Origin: Nitrospirota bacterium
GTDB lineage: Bacteria > Nitrospirota > UBA9217
Reading direction: 5' to 3'
Length of the DNA stretch: 64,000 bases
Assembly: GCA_963741205.1 (NCBI GenBank)
Contig: CAVUHW010000034.1
Location: forward strand, 128,001 to 192,000
The position numbers were made by a program, and so were the translations under genes. Below the pieces are notes generated by a model that had not been told where the DNA came from, did no database searches, and saw only the letters and a program-made list of their open reading frames with translations. This document shows positions 33,330 through 44,789 of the stretch, piece by piece. How positions within the stretch are numbered: the stretch's first letter is position 1; each line of letters starts with the position of its first letter.

Positions 33330-34786
33330 ATGAAATACGAGGCAGTCATCGGGCTTGAGGTGCATGCCCAGCTCCAGACCAACACGAAGATCTTCTGCGG
33401 GTGCGAGACGCGTTTCGGCGAAGAGGCGAACACGCGCACCTGCCCGGTCTGCATCGGTATGCCGGGCGTGCTGCCGGTGCTGAACAAAAAGGCAATTGAA
33501 TACATCATCAAGACCGGGGTCGCCACGCATTGTTCGATTAGTCCCTACAGCCGGTTCGCGCGGAAAAACTATTTCTATCCCGACCTTCCCAAGGGCTACC
33601 AGATATCGCAGTATGAACTGCCGGTCTGCGAACACGGGTATGTTGAAATCGTGGCCGACGGGAAGATCAAGCGCGTCGGCATCACGCGGATCCATCTTGA
33701 GGAGGACGCGGGCAAGAACCTGCACCAGGCCGAAAGCGGGGCCAGTCTCGTGGACCTGAACCGCGCCGGGACGCCGCTCATGGAGATCGTGTCCGAGCCG
33801 GACATTCGGACCCCGGAAGAAGCGTCGGAATATCTGAAAAAGCTCCGCTCCATCCTTCGCTATATCGAGGTGTCCGACGCCGATATGGAAAAGGGGAACT
33901 TCCGCTGCGACGCCAATGTCTCGATTCGGCCGATTGGATCCAGTGAGTTCGGCACGCGGGCCGAGATCAAGAACGTGAATTCCTTCAAGTTCGTGCAGAA
34001 GGCGATCGAGTACGAGATCAAGCGCCAGGCGCAGGTCCTCGACGACGGAGGCAAGGTCCTCCAGGAGACCCGCCTCTTCGACTCGGCCAAGGGCGTCACC
34101 TTCTCCATGCGGAGCAAGGAAGAGGCCCACGACTACCGCTATTTCCCCGAACCGGACCTCGTGCCGGTCGTCGTTTCGAAAGAGACGGTCGAGAACATCG
34201 GCAGGACTATTCCCGAACTTCCCGACGCCAAGCGGGAGCGGTTCGTGAAGGAGTATGCCTTGCCTGAATATGATGCGGATACGCTGACGCTGACAAGGGC
34301 AACGGCCGCCTACTATGAGGAAACGGCAGGGGCGTCAACCAAGCTGTCGATCAATGTCTCCGATTATCCCAAGGTGGTCTCGAATTGGATGATGGGTGAG
34401 TTGACGCGTCTTTTAAACGCTGAGGGAAAAGGAGATTGAGGATTGTCCGATAAAACCGGACAGGCTGGCCGGCATGATCAAGATGATCAGTGACGGCGTG
34501 ATCAGCACCAAGATCGCGAAGACCGTGCTTCGAGGAGATGTACAAGTCCGGTAAGGACGCTGAAACGGTCGTCAGGGAAAAGGGGCTGGTCCAGGTTTCG
34601 GACACCGGCGAGATCGAAAAGATCATAGATGAGGTGATCAAGGCGAACCCGGCACAACACGCCGATTATAAAACCGGCAAAGAGAAACTCTTCGGGTTCT
34701 TCGTGGGCCAGGTGATGAAGGCGAGCAAGGGGAAGGCGAACCCGGAGCTTGTGAACCAGCTGCTCAAGAAGAAATTAAGTGAATAA
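33330..34786 (+). CDS. gatB: Asp/Glu-tRNA amidotransferase subunit B (frameshifted near the 3' end)
   Basis: [46 protein letters not shown]. Confidence 0.95.
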
Positions 34787-34811
34787 CATGAAGCACTGCG
34801 GATTTCCCTTC

Positions 34812-34890
34812 AACCTACCCTCTCCCCTCAGGGGAGAGGACAAGAGGAGAGGGGTGGTTTCATTCCGCAATCGGCAATCCGCAATCCGAA
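34812..34890. repeat. CCCTCTCCC/GGGAGAGG palindromic repeat plus TCCGCAA heptamer run
   Basis: ccctctcccctcaggggagagg then attccgcaatcggcaatccgcaatccgaaat. Confidence 0.6.
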
Positions 34891-34911
34891 ATTAAACGAG
34901 GGGGAATCACC

Positions 34912-35604
34912 ATGATTGAATGGATTCGAAAGCACATGGGCTGGATGATGTGGATCATCGTGGGGCTGGTGACGGTCACGTTCCTTTTTTTCGGGATCTA
35001 TCCGTCGTCACAGGGCAAGGGGGCCGTGGCCAAGGTCGGCGATACGGTTATCACGTCGGAAGAGCTGAACATGGCCTACCGGAACCTGTATGAAAATTAC
35101 CGGGAAATTTTAAAAGGCCAGCTTAATGAGTCCTTCACGAAGGGCCTCAGAAATCAGGCGCTGCAGGAATTGATCGTGAACCGCTTGCTCCTCGACGAGG
35201 CCGAACGCGAAGGGCTCAGGGTCAGCGATGAGGAACTGCAGGCGTCCATCATGAGGATGCCCGCCTTCATGCAGAACGGAAGATTCAACAAGCAGATCTA
35301 TGAGCGTACCCTCGACCGAATCAATATGACGCCAGCGGTGTTCGAAAACGGTCAGCGCGAGTATCTGCTGCGTCAGAAGCTGGAACACCTCGTGAAAGAC
35401 AGCGTGGTCGTGGGAGACGCCGAGCTCAGCTCCGCCTATATGCGGAAAAATCCCAACGCGAAACCGGGGGATTTTGAGAAGAATAAGGAAGGCTTCAGAC
35501 AGACGTATCTCGCGGAGAAACAGCGCGACGCCCTGACTGCGTTTATCCGGAACATTCAGACCCGGATTCCGGTAAAGATCGAGGACAAGGCGCTGGCGTC
35601 ATAA
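34912..35604 (+). CDS. SurA N-terminal domain protein (PpiD-like, no PPIase domain)
   Basis: N-terminal TM, VAKVGDTVIT, GLRVSDEEL..PAF..GRFNK. Confidence 0.8.
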   Translation: MIEWIRKHMGWMMWIIVGLVTVTFLFFGIYPSSQGKGAVAKVGDTVITSEELNMAYRNLYENYREILKGQLNESFTKGLRNQALQELIVNRLLLDEAEREGLRVSDEELQASIMRMPAFMQNGRFNKQIYERTLDRINMTPAVFENGQREYLLRQKLEHLVKDSVVVGDAELSSAYMRKNPNAKPGDFEKNKEGFRQTYLAEKQRDALTAFIRNIQTRIPVKIEDKALAS

Positions 35605-35646
35605 CACTTTTCATGCTTCAGAGTCCGCGGTCAACCTTACCGAACG

Positions 35647-37035
35647 TCAGGCGGCCAGTTCCGCGAAAAGATGGATGAGGCTCTTGCAGCCTTTTTCCCA
35701 GTCCGCGATGAGAAGACTTTCATTCTCAGAATGGGCCGCTGAATAAGGATCGCCGACGCCGAAGAGCAAGGCCGGCACGCCGCCAAGAGCGCCGGTGATG
35801 GTCTGCACGAAAGGGATCGATCCCCCCGCTCCCGCTACCACCGGTTTATTCCCGTAACCCTTTTCGAGGGCGCGCATCGCGGCCTCAAATACCGGTCCTT
35901 CTGTTTCCATCTTCCACCACGGCGAGGGTGTTTCCGGTTGAACGGTCACCTGCACGCCCCAGGGCGCATGTTTCTTCAGGTGGTCCGTGAGCAGCGCGAG
36001 CGTTTCGGACGGGTCCATATCGGGGACGATGCGGACGCCGATCCGCGCCCATGCCGAATCATTGATGATGTTTGCGGCCTGTTTGCGGCTGCTCGCTTCG
36101 ATGGCATTGACGGCAATGGACGGACGGTGCCACATCTTTTGATAGACCGTTCCCTCGCCGCCGATCACCCGGACACCGTCAAGAAGTTTCACCTGTCTCC
36201 GGTACAGGGATTCGTTGAAGGGCAGCGCATCGAGAGCTGCCTGGTCTTTCGGGGACAACGTCCTCACCCTGTCGAGGAGACCGGGAACGGCGGGCCTGCC
36301 CTCGTCATCCACGAGGCCGGAGATCATCTTCGCCAGGGCGATGACCGGATCGGGCAGGGGGCCGCCCCAGGTGCCCGAATGGACGCTCGACGCGAGCGAG
36401 CGCACTTCGACATTGACCGTTACGATGCCGCGGAGCGACGCGGTGAGCGTGGGAACGCCGCTGTAGAAGTTTTCACTGTCGGCGATGAGCACCGCGTCCG
36501 CGGAAAGGAGGTCGAGGTTCCGCTTCAGGATTTCGTTGAGGTTCGTTGAACCCACTTCCTCTTCTCCCTCGATCAGGACCTTCACATTGACCGGAAGAGA
36601 GCGCGCAGCCTTGAGGTAGGACCGTACTGCGACGGCGTGCATCACCACTCCCGCCTTGTCGTCCGAGGCCCCGCGGCCGTAGAGCCTTCCGTTCCGCTCG
36701 GCGGGTTCGAAAGGCGGTGTGGTCCAGAGCTCTTCCCTGCCGATGGGCTGGACATCGCAATGCGCATACAGCAGGATGGTGGGTTTCCCCGGCGCCCCGG
36801 TCCACTGGCCGAATACGGAAGGGTGGCCCTTGCCCGTTTCAAGGAGGTGTACGTCGTCCAAGCCGCTTTCCCGGAGGAGAGCAGCAACGGCCTCGGCGCA
36901 CTGCCGCACCGGTTTGGGATCAAATCCCGGAAAACTGATGCTCGGGATGGCGATGAGCTTCTTAAGGTCGCTCAGAAAATCCGGCCTGTTATTGTTGTAG
37001 TATTCCAGCGCCGAACGTGCGGTATCTCCAGCCAT
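35647..37035 (-). CDS. M20 family metallopeptidase/dipeptidase
   Basis: LYAHCDVQP, GRGASDDK, EGEEEVGS, AHSENE. Confidence 0.9.
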   Translation of the reverse strand: MAGDTARSALEYYNNNRPDFLSDLKKLIAIPSISFPGFDPKPVRQCAEAVAALLRESGLDDVHLLETGKGHPSVFGQWTGAPGKPTILLYAHCDVQPIGREELWTTPPFEPAERNGRLYGRGASDDKAGVVMHAVAVRSYLKAARSLPVNVKVLIEGEEEVGSTNLNEILKRNLDLLSADAVLIADSENFYSGVPTLTASLRGIVTVNVEVRSLASSVHSGTWGGPLPDPVIALAKMISGLVDDEGRPAVPGLLDRVRTLSPKDQAALDALPFNESLYRRQVKLLDGVRVIGGEGTVYQKMWHRPSIAVNAIEASSRKQAANIINDSAWARIGVRIVPDMDPSETLALLTDHLKKHAPWGVQVTVQPETPSPWWKMETEGPVFEAAMRALEKGYGNKPVVAGAGGSIPFVQTITGALGGVPALLFGVGDPYSAAHSENESLLIADWEKGCKSLIHLFAELAA

Positions 37036-37299
37036 GGTGGGCCTCCTTCTTTGCATAAGCAAAAAATTGATTCATTCCAATTCTAGTTGAATCCATCTGC
37101 AAAATCAACATCACCGCATCAATCCCCGGTCCGTTCGAAGATAGCAAACCACCTTCCTTAAGTAAAATCAGCAACATCTCATGCTACAATATTTGTATTC
37201 GCTTGTTAACGGAAATGAATCGACGGCCATAGAGCCATATGAAGAGATACGCTGCATTGGGACAGGGATGGGAACTGTCTGAAGCCTGAGGAGGTCTGC

Positions 37300-38346
37300 A
37301 TGGGGAACCTGGTCTTTGAGAAAACATCTTCTGCATTTACGATCCTGAACCCGTTTAATAACTTTGCTCCCGAAGAACATCGCGTGGAGGTGAGAAAGGA
37401 CCCGCTCCTCGGAGATACGAGCGTCCACAATCCCTTTCTGAAGGACAAGGCCCGCGTATTTTTCGGTGAGAACGACCCGGGATTGATAAAAAAGCTTGCG
37501 GAAGAAAGCGCCGGGAACTGCATTTTCTGCGGCCAGAATGTTGCCAGCAAGACCGCCCGCTATCCTTCCGACCTTGTGTCCGAAGGACGGATCCGGAGAG
37601 GCGATGCAGTCCTGTTTTCCAACCTATTTTCCGTCGGGGCATATCACCCCGTGATCGCGCTCGGCGCCCACTTCTTGAAACTCTCGGAATTCAGTCCCCG
37701 CATCATTGCCGACGGTTTCGGTGCGGCGCAGGAGTTTTTGCGGCGCGTGTACGGGAGGGACGAGTCCGCGGTCTTTTCGGCGGTCTGCCAGAACTATCTC
37801 CTTCCGGCGGGCGCAAGCCTCGTGCATCCCCATCTGCAGATGCTGGTGACTCCTATGGCGTATTCTTATCATGCGCGGATGCTGGACGCCGCGCGGAAGT
37901 ACCATGAAAAGCACGGCTCATCCTATTACGACGACCTGGTAAGTGAAGAGAAGAGAATCGGCGAACGCTACGTTGTCCGACAAAACCGCTGGCATTGGCT
38001 TGCCGCCTTTTCCCCTCTGGGTAGCAATGAAATCACGGCAATCCACGACAGTGATACCGACCTGGACAGACTTTCGCAGGCGGATCTCGAAGACCTTGCC
38101 TACGGCATCTCAAGGGTCCTTTTTTTGTACGAACGTCTCGGACATATGAGTTTCAACTATACGCTTTATTCAGTACGGCAAACCGTCCGGGACAAAGGTC
38201 ACCGATGCCTGTTCAAGATCATCAGCCGCCAGAACCTCTATCCCAACTACCGCAATGACGATTACTTTCTTCAAAAGATGCTGCAGACGGAATTGATCTT
38301 CAATCTGCCGGAGGAGCTTGCCGGGCGGTTGAGAGAAATATTCTGA
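37300..38346 (+). CDS. Galactose-1-phosphate uridylyltransferase-like (HIT superfamily)
   Basis: EVRKDPL, CIFC, GASLVHPHLQ. Confidence 0.75.
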   Translation: MGNLVFEKTSSAFTILNPFNNFAPEEHRVEVRKDPLLGDTSVHNPFLKDKARVFFGENDPGLIKKLAEESAGNCIFCGQNVASKTARYPSDLVSEGRIRRGDAVLFSNLFSVGAYHPVIALGAHFLKLSEFSPRIIADGFGAAQEFLRRVYGRDESAVFSAVCQNYLLPAGASLVHPHLQMLVTPMAYSYHARMLDAARKYHEKHGSSYYDDLVSEEKRIGERYVVRQNRWHWLAAFSPLGSNEITAIHDSDTDLDRLSQADLEDLAYGISRVLFLYERLGHMSFNYTLYSVRQTVRDKGHRCLFKIISRQNLYPNYRNDDYFLQKMLQTELIFNLPEELAGRLREIF

Positions 38347-38519
38347 AATAATACTTTTCCCGATTGCACCAGCTTCATTCTCATGAAGGATCGGGAGATG
38401 GGTTCTTTGAACAGGCCCCCTCAAGCGTCCCAGCTCAGGTAATGGTTTTCGCAATAATTAATGTAAAACGTATTCTTTGGATGATTTATATGTAAATTAT
38501 CCCAATAGAGGAGCGTATT

Positions 38520-38846
38520 TTAATCATTATGATTCTCCTTTGCTTTCGTAGACTTTATTTTTTGCAGTCTGTGTTTATATATATCATAGGCAATGGCGCA
38601 AAGAATTATAAGAGCAATCGTTGACGCAAAAAATGGATTATTATTAACGAAAAACGATATACCTGAGGTGATGGGCTTGATTGATTTAAAAAACCATCCA
38701 CGGCCTAGAAATAGCACTAACAGGATGGCTGCGATAATAATTATTGTAATTGCACTGATGGTAAAAATGCTCAAGATTGCGCGTGTCGAATCATTGGAAA
38801 GCACAAGAATTAGCAGGAGCAGAACGACTATATAAAGCATACACAT
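38520..38846 (-). CDS. Hypothetical AT-rich membrane protein
   Basis: 108-aa hydrophobic ORF in a low-GC island next to the integrase remnant. Confidence 0.45.
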   Translation of the reverse strand: MCMLYIVVLLLLILVLSNDSTRAILSIFTISAITIIIIAAILLVLFLGRGWFFKSIKPITSGISFFVNNNPFFASTIALIILCAIAYDIYKHRLQKIKSTKAKENHND

Positions 38847-39109
38847 TCTCTCTTTCTAGGTAGCTAAACCATTATGCAGTGTCAATCAGTATAATGCTGT
38901 GAACATCTATTGTAAAGGCCTCTTGGCAATAGGGGGAAAGACCCTATAACAAGGACTAGACTGAAAAGGGGTGGGACAAGACGAAGATAGGGGGATGGCG
39001 AGAGATACCGATCAATAACACGCTCAGGGAGACGCTGAATAAACTCTCTCGCAATTATACCGGTGAGAAGGAAGATAGGCAGCTTGTCCGTATGTGTTCC
39101 ATGATCCGA

Positions 39110-39430
39110 AGACGTTCAATCCTTATGGCTCGGGAAGCACAGGTTCAATACTGCCGTCAAGAATGCCGGGATCAGATATTTACACTTCCACGACCTGAGA
39201 CACACCTTTGCGAGTCTCGCTATGATGTCAGGCAAGATCGACATAGTGACGCTCTCGAAAATCCTGGGTCACAAGATCCTCAAGCAGACCATGAAGTACG
39301 CCCACCTTGCACCGGCACACTTACAGAAAGCAGTTTTTGTAATGGACGACGTGTACCGCGTGTCAACTGACACAAAACTGGCACAGTCAAATGAAAAAGG
39401 GTCAGTCAATAATGACCAACCCTTTGAAAA
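39110..39430 (+). pseudogene. Tyrosine integrase C-terminal remnant
   Basis: FHDLRHTFASL..LSKILGH..TMKYAHLAP; no N-terminal part recognisable. Confidence 0.8.
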
Positions 39431-39432
39431 CT

Positions 39433-39450
39433 TGGTGGAGCTGAGGGGGA
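39433..39450 (-). repeat. Duplicated 3' end of tRNA-Ala (att-like site)
   Basis: TGGTGGAGCTGAGGGGGA identical to 39601-39618. Confidence 0.8.
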
Positions 39451-39600
39451 AATCTCCTGCGCTTCGCTCCACGAGGGGACTGGTCCCCTCGTGTGCTCCC
39501 CTAAATCATGAGGGAAATCCTTTCCCTCACACTCCCTTGGTTCGATCCCCCTCATGAAAATAAAAAAGGCCGGTCATGAATGACCAGCCTTTGTTTATTT

Positions 39601-39676
39601 TGGTGGAGCTGAGGGGGATCGAACCCCTGACCCCAAGACTGCCAGCCTTGTGCTCTCCCAGCTGAGCTACAGCCCC
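39601..39676 (-). tRNA. tRNA-Ala(GGC)
   Basis: GGGGCTGTAGCTCAGCTGGGAGAGC..CTGGCAG..GGTTCGATCCCCCTCAGCTCCACCA, 76 nt with encoded CCA. Confidence 0.97.
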
Positions 39677-40021
39677 GAAAACTATCGTAAAACAGGAGCT
39701 TAATGTAACATCACGAACTGTCGTTGTCAAGAAAAAAGACAGGTTTCGTGCGTTCATGTACAGCCTTTCCTGGAGTAGACACAGTCGCAATGAAGCAATC
39801 ACGAGACACAAAGGGGCAGGAACGGATGAACATCTGAGTGAGAGGGAAAATATTTCATGTGCTCCATCGGTTTCTATTCTAGTAGCAGCAGATGATGTTG
39901 TAAAGGTATTTGTGTATCTTCATGATGGGCCTTGCAGAAAATCTATTTTGCAAAATAATGAATTTATGCTATAAAACCATGACCCGGGAAAGAGAACACG
40001 GATCGACCGGTCAGGAGGATT

Positions 40022-40600
40022 ATGATGAAAGTCATCGCATTCAACGGTAGCGCCCGCAAAGAGGGGAACACGGCCATCCTCTTGAACCTGGTGCTCGGCG
40101 AACTCAAGGCGGAGGGCATCGGGACCGAGCTGTATTCGCTCGCCGGAAAGCCGGTCCAGGGCTGCATTGCCTGCATGAAGTGTTTTGAAAAGAAAGACCG
40201 GCGCTGCGCCGTGGAAAAGGACGTCATCAATGAATGCATCGAGAAAATGGCCGAGGCCGACGGTATCCTGCTCGGATCGCCGACCTACTTTGCCGACGTG
40301 TCCGCGAGCATGAAGGCGCTGATCGAGCGGTGCGGCATGGTGGGAAAGGCGAACAACGACCTGTACAAGCGCAAGGTCGGGGCGGCCGTCGTGGCGGTCA
40401 GGCGCGCGGGCGGCATCCACGTCTTCAATTCGCTCAATTATTTTTTCTCCATCAATGAGATGATCATTCCGGGATCGAGCTACTGGAACCTCGGAATCGG
40501 CCGCCAGCCAGGCGAGGTGAACAGCGACGCGGAAGGCGTGCAGACCATGAAGGACCTTGGCAAGAATATGGCGTGGCTGATGAAGAAACTGCATGGATGA
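40022..40600 (+). CDS. Flavodoxin-family iron-sulfur flavoprotein
   Basis: NGSARKEGNT, CIACMKC..C, LGSPTYF. Confidence 0.9.
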   Translation: MMKVIAFNGSARKEGNTAILLNLVLGELKAEGIGTELYSLAGKPVQGCIACMKCFEKKDRRCAVEKDVINECIEKMAEADGILLGSPTYFADVSASMKALIERCGMVGKANNDLYKRKVGAAVVAVRRAGGIHVFNSLNYFFSINEMIIPGSSYWNLGIGRQPGEVNSDAEGVQTMKDLGKNMAWLMKKLHG

Positions 40601-40819
40601 CCGGCAGGCGGGTCGGCATCATTCCACCTTGAACTCGCGCTGAAAGAGTTGACTTTGACCGATAAATAGGGTTTAATAGGGGTGATCGCGTTTTATTTTC
40701 TTGACCCGATATCGTAACGCATTTCAGGAAAGCGTTCTCAATAGTGTCGGAAAGCGACGTCGCGAGGCTTCCTGGAACGCGTATTTCCGGCAGACCCGGT
40801 GAAGGGGGGAAATATTACA

Positions 40820-41614
40820 ATGAAGCGAACACTCTTGTTCATGATTGTCATTCTTATGGTGGCCGGCGCCGCCATGGGTCAGACGGGCGTCAAAAAGAAG
40901 AGGCAGCTCCCGTCTGATTACGGCAAGGTCGTCCTGAATAATTATTCGGAAAAAGCGGGCCTCGCCCCGGTCGTGTTCGATCATTGGCTTCATCGGTCGA
41001 GATTCACCTGCAGGCTCTGCCACGTGGACATCGCGTTTGGCATGAAGGCGGGCACCACGGGCATCACCGCCGCGGACAACATGAGCGGCGTCTACTGCGG
41101 GGCCTGCCATAACGGCAAGAACACGTTCGAAGGCAAGAAGATCTTTGAAGCGTGCTCAAAAACGCATCCGAAGGAAGACACCAAAAGATGCGAACGGTGC
41201 CACTCGCTGGGGAAAAACGTTAAGCGGGAGTACGATTTCGCAAAGTTTACGGAACGGTTTCCAAAAGAGCGTTTCGGCAACGGGATAAACTGGGAAAAGG
41301 CCGAGGAAGACGGGATCATCAAACTCATGGACTTCCTGGAGGGAGTATCAGTCCGCAGAAAAAGTCTCGCTTCTCCGAAAGACCTGGCCGTCAAGCCCAA
41401 GCAGGCGGAGATGCCCGAAATCATTTTCTCCCACACGAAGCACGCCGTCTGGAACGGATGCGAACTTTGTCACCCGGATATCTTCGGTATTAAAACAGGG
41501 GCGACCAAATATTCTATGACTGAGATTTTCGAAGGCCGGTACTGCGGCGCCTGCCATGACAAAGTAGCCTTTCCCAATCTCGATTGTCAGAGATGTCATA
41601 CCAAACCCGTTTAG
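40820..41614 (+). CDS. Hexaheme c7-type cytochrome
   Basis: Signal peptide; CRLCH, CGACH, CERCH, CELCH, CGACH, CQRCH; VVFDHWLH. Confidence 0.85.
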   Translation: MKRTLLFMIVILMVAGAAMGQTGVKKKRQLPSDYGKVVLNNYSEKAGLAPVVFDHWLHRSRFTCRLCHVDIAFGMKAGTTGITAADNMSGVYCGACHNGKNTFEGKKIFEACSKTHPKEDTKRCERCHSLGKNVKREYDFAKFTERFPKERFGNGINWEKAEEDGIIKLMDFLEGVSVRRKSLASPKDLAVKPKQAEMPEIIFSHTKHAVWNGCELCHPDIFGIKTGATKYSMTEIFEGRYCGACHDKVAFPNLDCQRCHTKPV

Positions 41615-41685
41615 GCTGTGTTAAGGCGGGATGTCGGGAAGCAATGACTATGTCTGCTTTCCCGGTTTTAGAGAAAGGAGCCGTC

Positions 41686-42015
41686 GTGAACAATAACTTG
41701 TTTCGTTCAGTCGTTATCTTCGTTGCCATCTTTGCATCTGCCGCACTCCTGATGTCCGGGAACGCGCCGTCTTTGTCGCCGGGATCGGCGTATGCGCAAG
41801 ATGACTGGCGGAAGGAATTTGACGACGTCTGCGCGAGAACCCAGGACGCCGATGCGTTCAGCACCGAGGAGCTGAAGGAAATTATCGACCGGTGCGATGC
41901 GTTAAAACCCCGCATCGAAAAAATTGAGGAGTCGCAGCGCAAGGTGGCGCTGAAAAGGCTCAAGATGTGCAGGGACCTGTATGTCTTTGTACTGCAGGCA
42001 AAGGAGAACCATTGA
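41686..42015 (+). CDS. Secreted hypothetical protein with three Cys
   Basis: Signal peptide; WRKEFDDVC..RCDAL..MCRDLY; lies between the two cytochrome paralogs. Confidence 0.65.
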   Translation: MNNNLFRSVVIFVAIFASAALLMSGNAPSLSPGSAYAQDDWRKEFDDVCARTQDADAFSTEELKEIIDRCDALKPRIEKIEESQRKVALKRLKMCRDLYVFVLQAKENH

Positions 42016-42018
42016 CCG

Positions 42019-42826
42019 ATGCGGAACATCGTACTCTTGACGCTGCTGGCCTTCTTGTTTCTGGTACGCGCCGTTCCGTCGGCGGCATGGGTCATGCCGG
42101 CGCCGCAGGACTACGGCCTGGTGATCATTGACAACTTTTCCGGTAAGGCCGGGCTTGCGCCGGTGCGTTTCGATCACTGGCTCCACCGGGCGATCTACAC
42201 CTGCAGGCTTTGCCATGTCGACATCGGTTTCGCGATGGAGGCGAACGGAACAAAGATCACGGCCGATGCGAACAGCAAGGGATTTTACTGCGGGGCATGC
42301 CACGACGGAACGCGGATCTATAACGACAAGAAGATCTTCGCCTCCTGCACGGCGGGCCCGGCAAAACCCGGAGAGGCAGAAACGTGCATACGATGCCATT
42401 TCGTCGGTAAAAAAGACGGAGAAAAACAAGAGTACGACTACGCGACGTTCACGGCGAAATTTCCTAAACGAAACTTCGGGAAACTCATTGACTGGGAAAA
42501 AGCCGAGTCCGAGCGGCTTATTCAGCCCGTTGATTTCCTCGAAGGAGTGTCCTTCCAGCGGCGTGCGCTCAAGGCACAGAAAGATTTTTCCATCACGTCA
42601 AAGAGCACGTGGATGCCGGACATTATCTTCTCCCATAAGAAGCATGTTATTTGGAACGGCTGCGAGGTATGCCACCCCGATATTTTCCCCAGCGTCAAGA
42701 AAGGGGCGGTCAAATATACCATGCTTGAAATAGTCAGGGGGCCAGTACTGCGGCGTCTGCCACAACCGCGTCGCCTTTCCCTTGGATGACTGCGACCGGT
42801 GCCATAGAAACCCCGTCGTGAAGTAG
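42019..42826 (+). CDS. Hexaheme c7-type cytochrome paralog (frameshift near 42735)
   Basis: CRLCH, CGACH, CIRCH, CEVCH, CGVCH, CDRCH. Confidence 0.85.
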
Positions 42827-42862
42827 CTTTCCTGTCGCAGAGACTTCCGCGGCAAAAAGTGC

Positions 42863-43031
42863 TTGACTTCATCGCGGCAGTTAGAGTATTGTAACATGCG
42901 TTACGGCAATTCTCTTTAAGTCTGGTCCTGTGAGGCCAGGAAGGGTTTAGGATGAAAAACTTAACAGCGGAAACACGCTTATCATGTTTACACGGACCTT
43001 CTTTCCGAAATTACGGGAAGAAGGTTTTTTT
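42863..43031 (+). promoter_or_regulatory. pyr operon leader: promoter, PyrR-binding loop and attenuator
   Basis: TTGACT-18-TATTGT; CTTTAAGTCTGGTCCTGTGAGGCCAGGAAGG resembles the PyrR site; terminator ACCTTCTTTCCG..CGGGAAGAAGGT-TTTTTT at 42996-43031. Confidence 0.8.
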
Positions 43032-43076
43032 GCGTCTTTCGCAGGCAAATGCTCGGTGAATACAGGAGTTTATGAA

Positions 43077-43619
43077 ATGAGTATCAAAGAAAAGGCCCTG
43101 ATCCTGGACAAGGCCGGAATCGACAGGGCGCTCACCAGGATCGCGCACGAAATTCTGGAAAAGAACAAGGGAGCGAAAGACATCGTGCTTGTCGGCATCC
43201 AGCGGGGCGGCGTACACCTGGCAAAGCGCATTGCTGCACGGATCAGGGAGATAGAAGGCGCGGAGCCGCCGATGGGCAGCCTTGACATTACCATGTACCG
43301 GGACGACCTGGCGACGCGCAAGTCCCAGGCCGCGCCGCAGGCCACGGACATCGTTTTCGATATCCAGGAGAAGATCATGGTGCTCGTGGACGATGTCCTC
43401 TTTACCGGCAGGACCATACGGGCGGCGCTGAACAGCATCATGGATTACGGCAGGCCGCGCAGCATCCAGCTCGCGGTCCTCGTGGACCGCGGACACCGGG
43501 AGCTCCCGATCCGCGCCGATTATGTCGGTAAAAACCTTCCGACCTCGGCAAAAGAAAAGGTGGAAGTGATGCTTGCCGAGGACGGCAGGGAAGAGAAGGT
43601 TGTTATCCTGGGAGAGTGA
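43077..43619 (+). CDS. pyrR: Pyrimidine regulatory protein/UPRTase
   Basis: [47 protein letters not shown]. Confidence 0.95.
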   Translation: MSIKEKALILDKAGIDRALTRIAHEILEKNKGAKDIVLVGIQRGGVHLAKRIAARIREIEGAEPPMGSLDITMYRDDLATRKSQAAPQATDIVFDIQEKIMVLVDDVLFTGRTIRAALNSIMDYGRPRSIQLAVLVDRGHRELPIRADYVGKNLPTSAKEKVEVMLAEDGREEKVVILGE

Positions 43620-43740
43620 ATCGAAGAGGAATACGCATTGATGCAGAAGCGCAATAGAGCATACGGCATGCAGCAAGGAAAGTGCATGAACGTAACGCTA
43701 TGCGCTTAGCGCCATGCTCTTCTGCGAGTTAGGTACAATC

Positions 43741-44671
43741 ATGGCTTTAGCCTCCAAAGACCTGCTCGGCATAAAAGATATGACTGCCGATGAGATCACG
43801 CTCATCCTCGATACGGCGGCGACATTCAAGGACGTTTCGGAGCGGGACATCAAGAAGGTGCCGACGCTCCGCGGCAAGACCGTGATCAACCTGTTTTATG
43901 AAGCGAGCACGCGGACGCGGACGTCGTTCGAACTTGCGGGCAAGCGGTTATCCGCCGACGTGATCAACATCTCGACCTCAACCAGCAGCGCGACAAAAGG
44001 CGAAACGCTGCTCGATACAGCCAGGAATATTGAAGCCATGAAAAGCGATATGATCATCGTCCGCCACTCCTGTTCGGGCGCTCCGGAGTACCTTGCCACG
44101 AAAGCTCAAGAGCTCGGTGATCAACGCGGGTGACGGTTTCCACGAGCACCCGACCCAGGCGCTCCTCGATATGTTCACGATCCGCGAAAAGCTCGGCAGG
44201 ATAGAAGGGCTCAAAGTCGCGATCATCGGGGACATCCTGCACAGCCGCGTGGCCCGGTCGAACATCCACGGGCTAACGACCATGGGCGCGAAGGTGCGCG
44301 TCTGCGGACCGCCGACCATGATCCCGCCGGGCATCGAATGCATGGGCGCAGAGGTCACGTACGACATGGACGCGGCAGTCGAGGGCGCCGATGTGGTCAT
44401 GATGCTCCGGCTTCAGCTCGAGCGGCAGGCGGCCGGGCTCTTCCCGGGCGTCCGGGAGTACGCGAGTCTGTACGGGCTGAGCCGGGCACGCGTGGCGAAG
44501 GCCGCGGACCATGCGCTCGTGATGCATCCGGGACCGATGAATAGAGGAGTTGAAATATCGTCCGACGTAGCCGACAGCACTCCGGTCATCCTCGATCAGG
44601 TCACGAACGGCGTGGCGGTCAGGATGGCGGTGATGTTCCTGCTGGCGGGGGGAACGAAGGCTGAGGCGTGA
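43741..44671 (+). CDS. pyrB: Aspartate carbamoyltransferase (frameshift near 44100)
   Basis: [37 protein letters not shown]. Confidence 0.95.
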
Positions 44672-44789
44672 AAGTTCGAATGCGGAATGCGGATTGCGCA
44701 ATGAATACGCAAAGCGCATAGAGCATAGAGGTTAATCGCTTTGCGCTATGCACCATGCCCTATGAGCGGCGGGCTGAGTGGGATGCACT

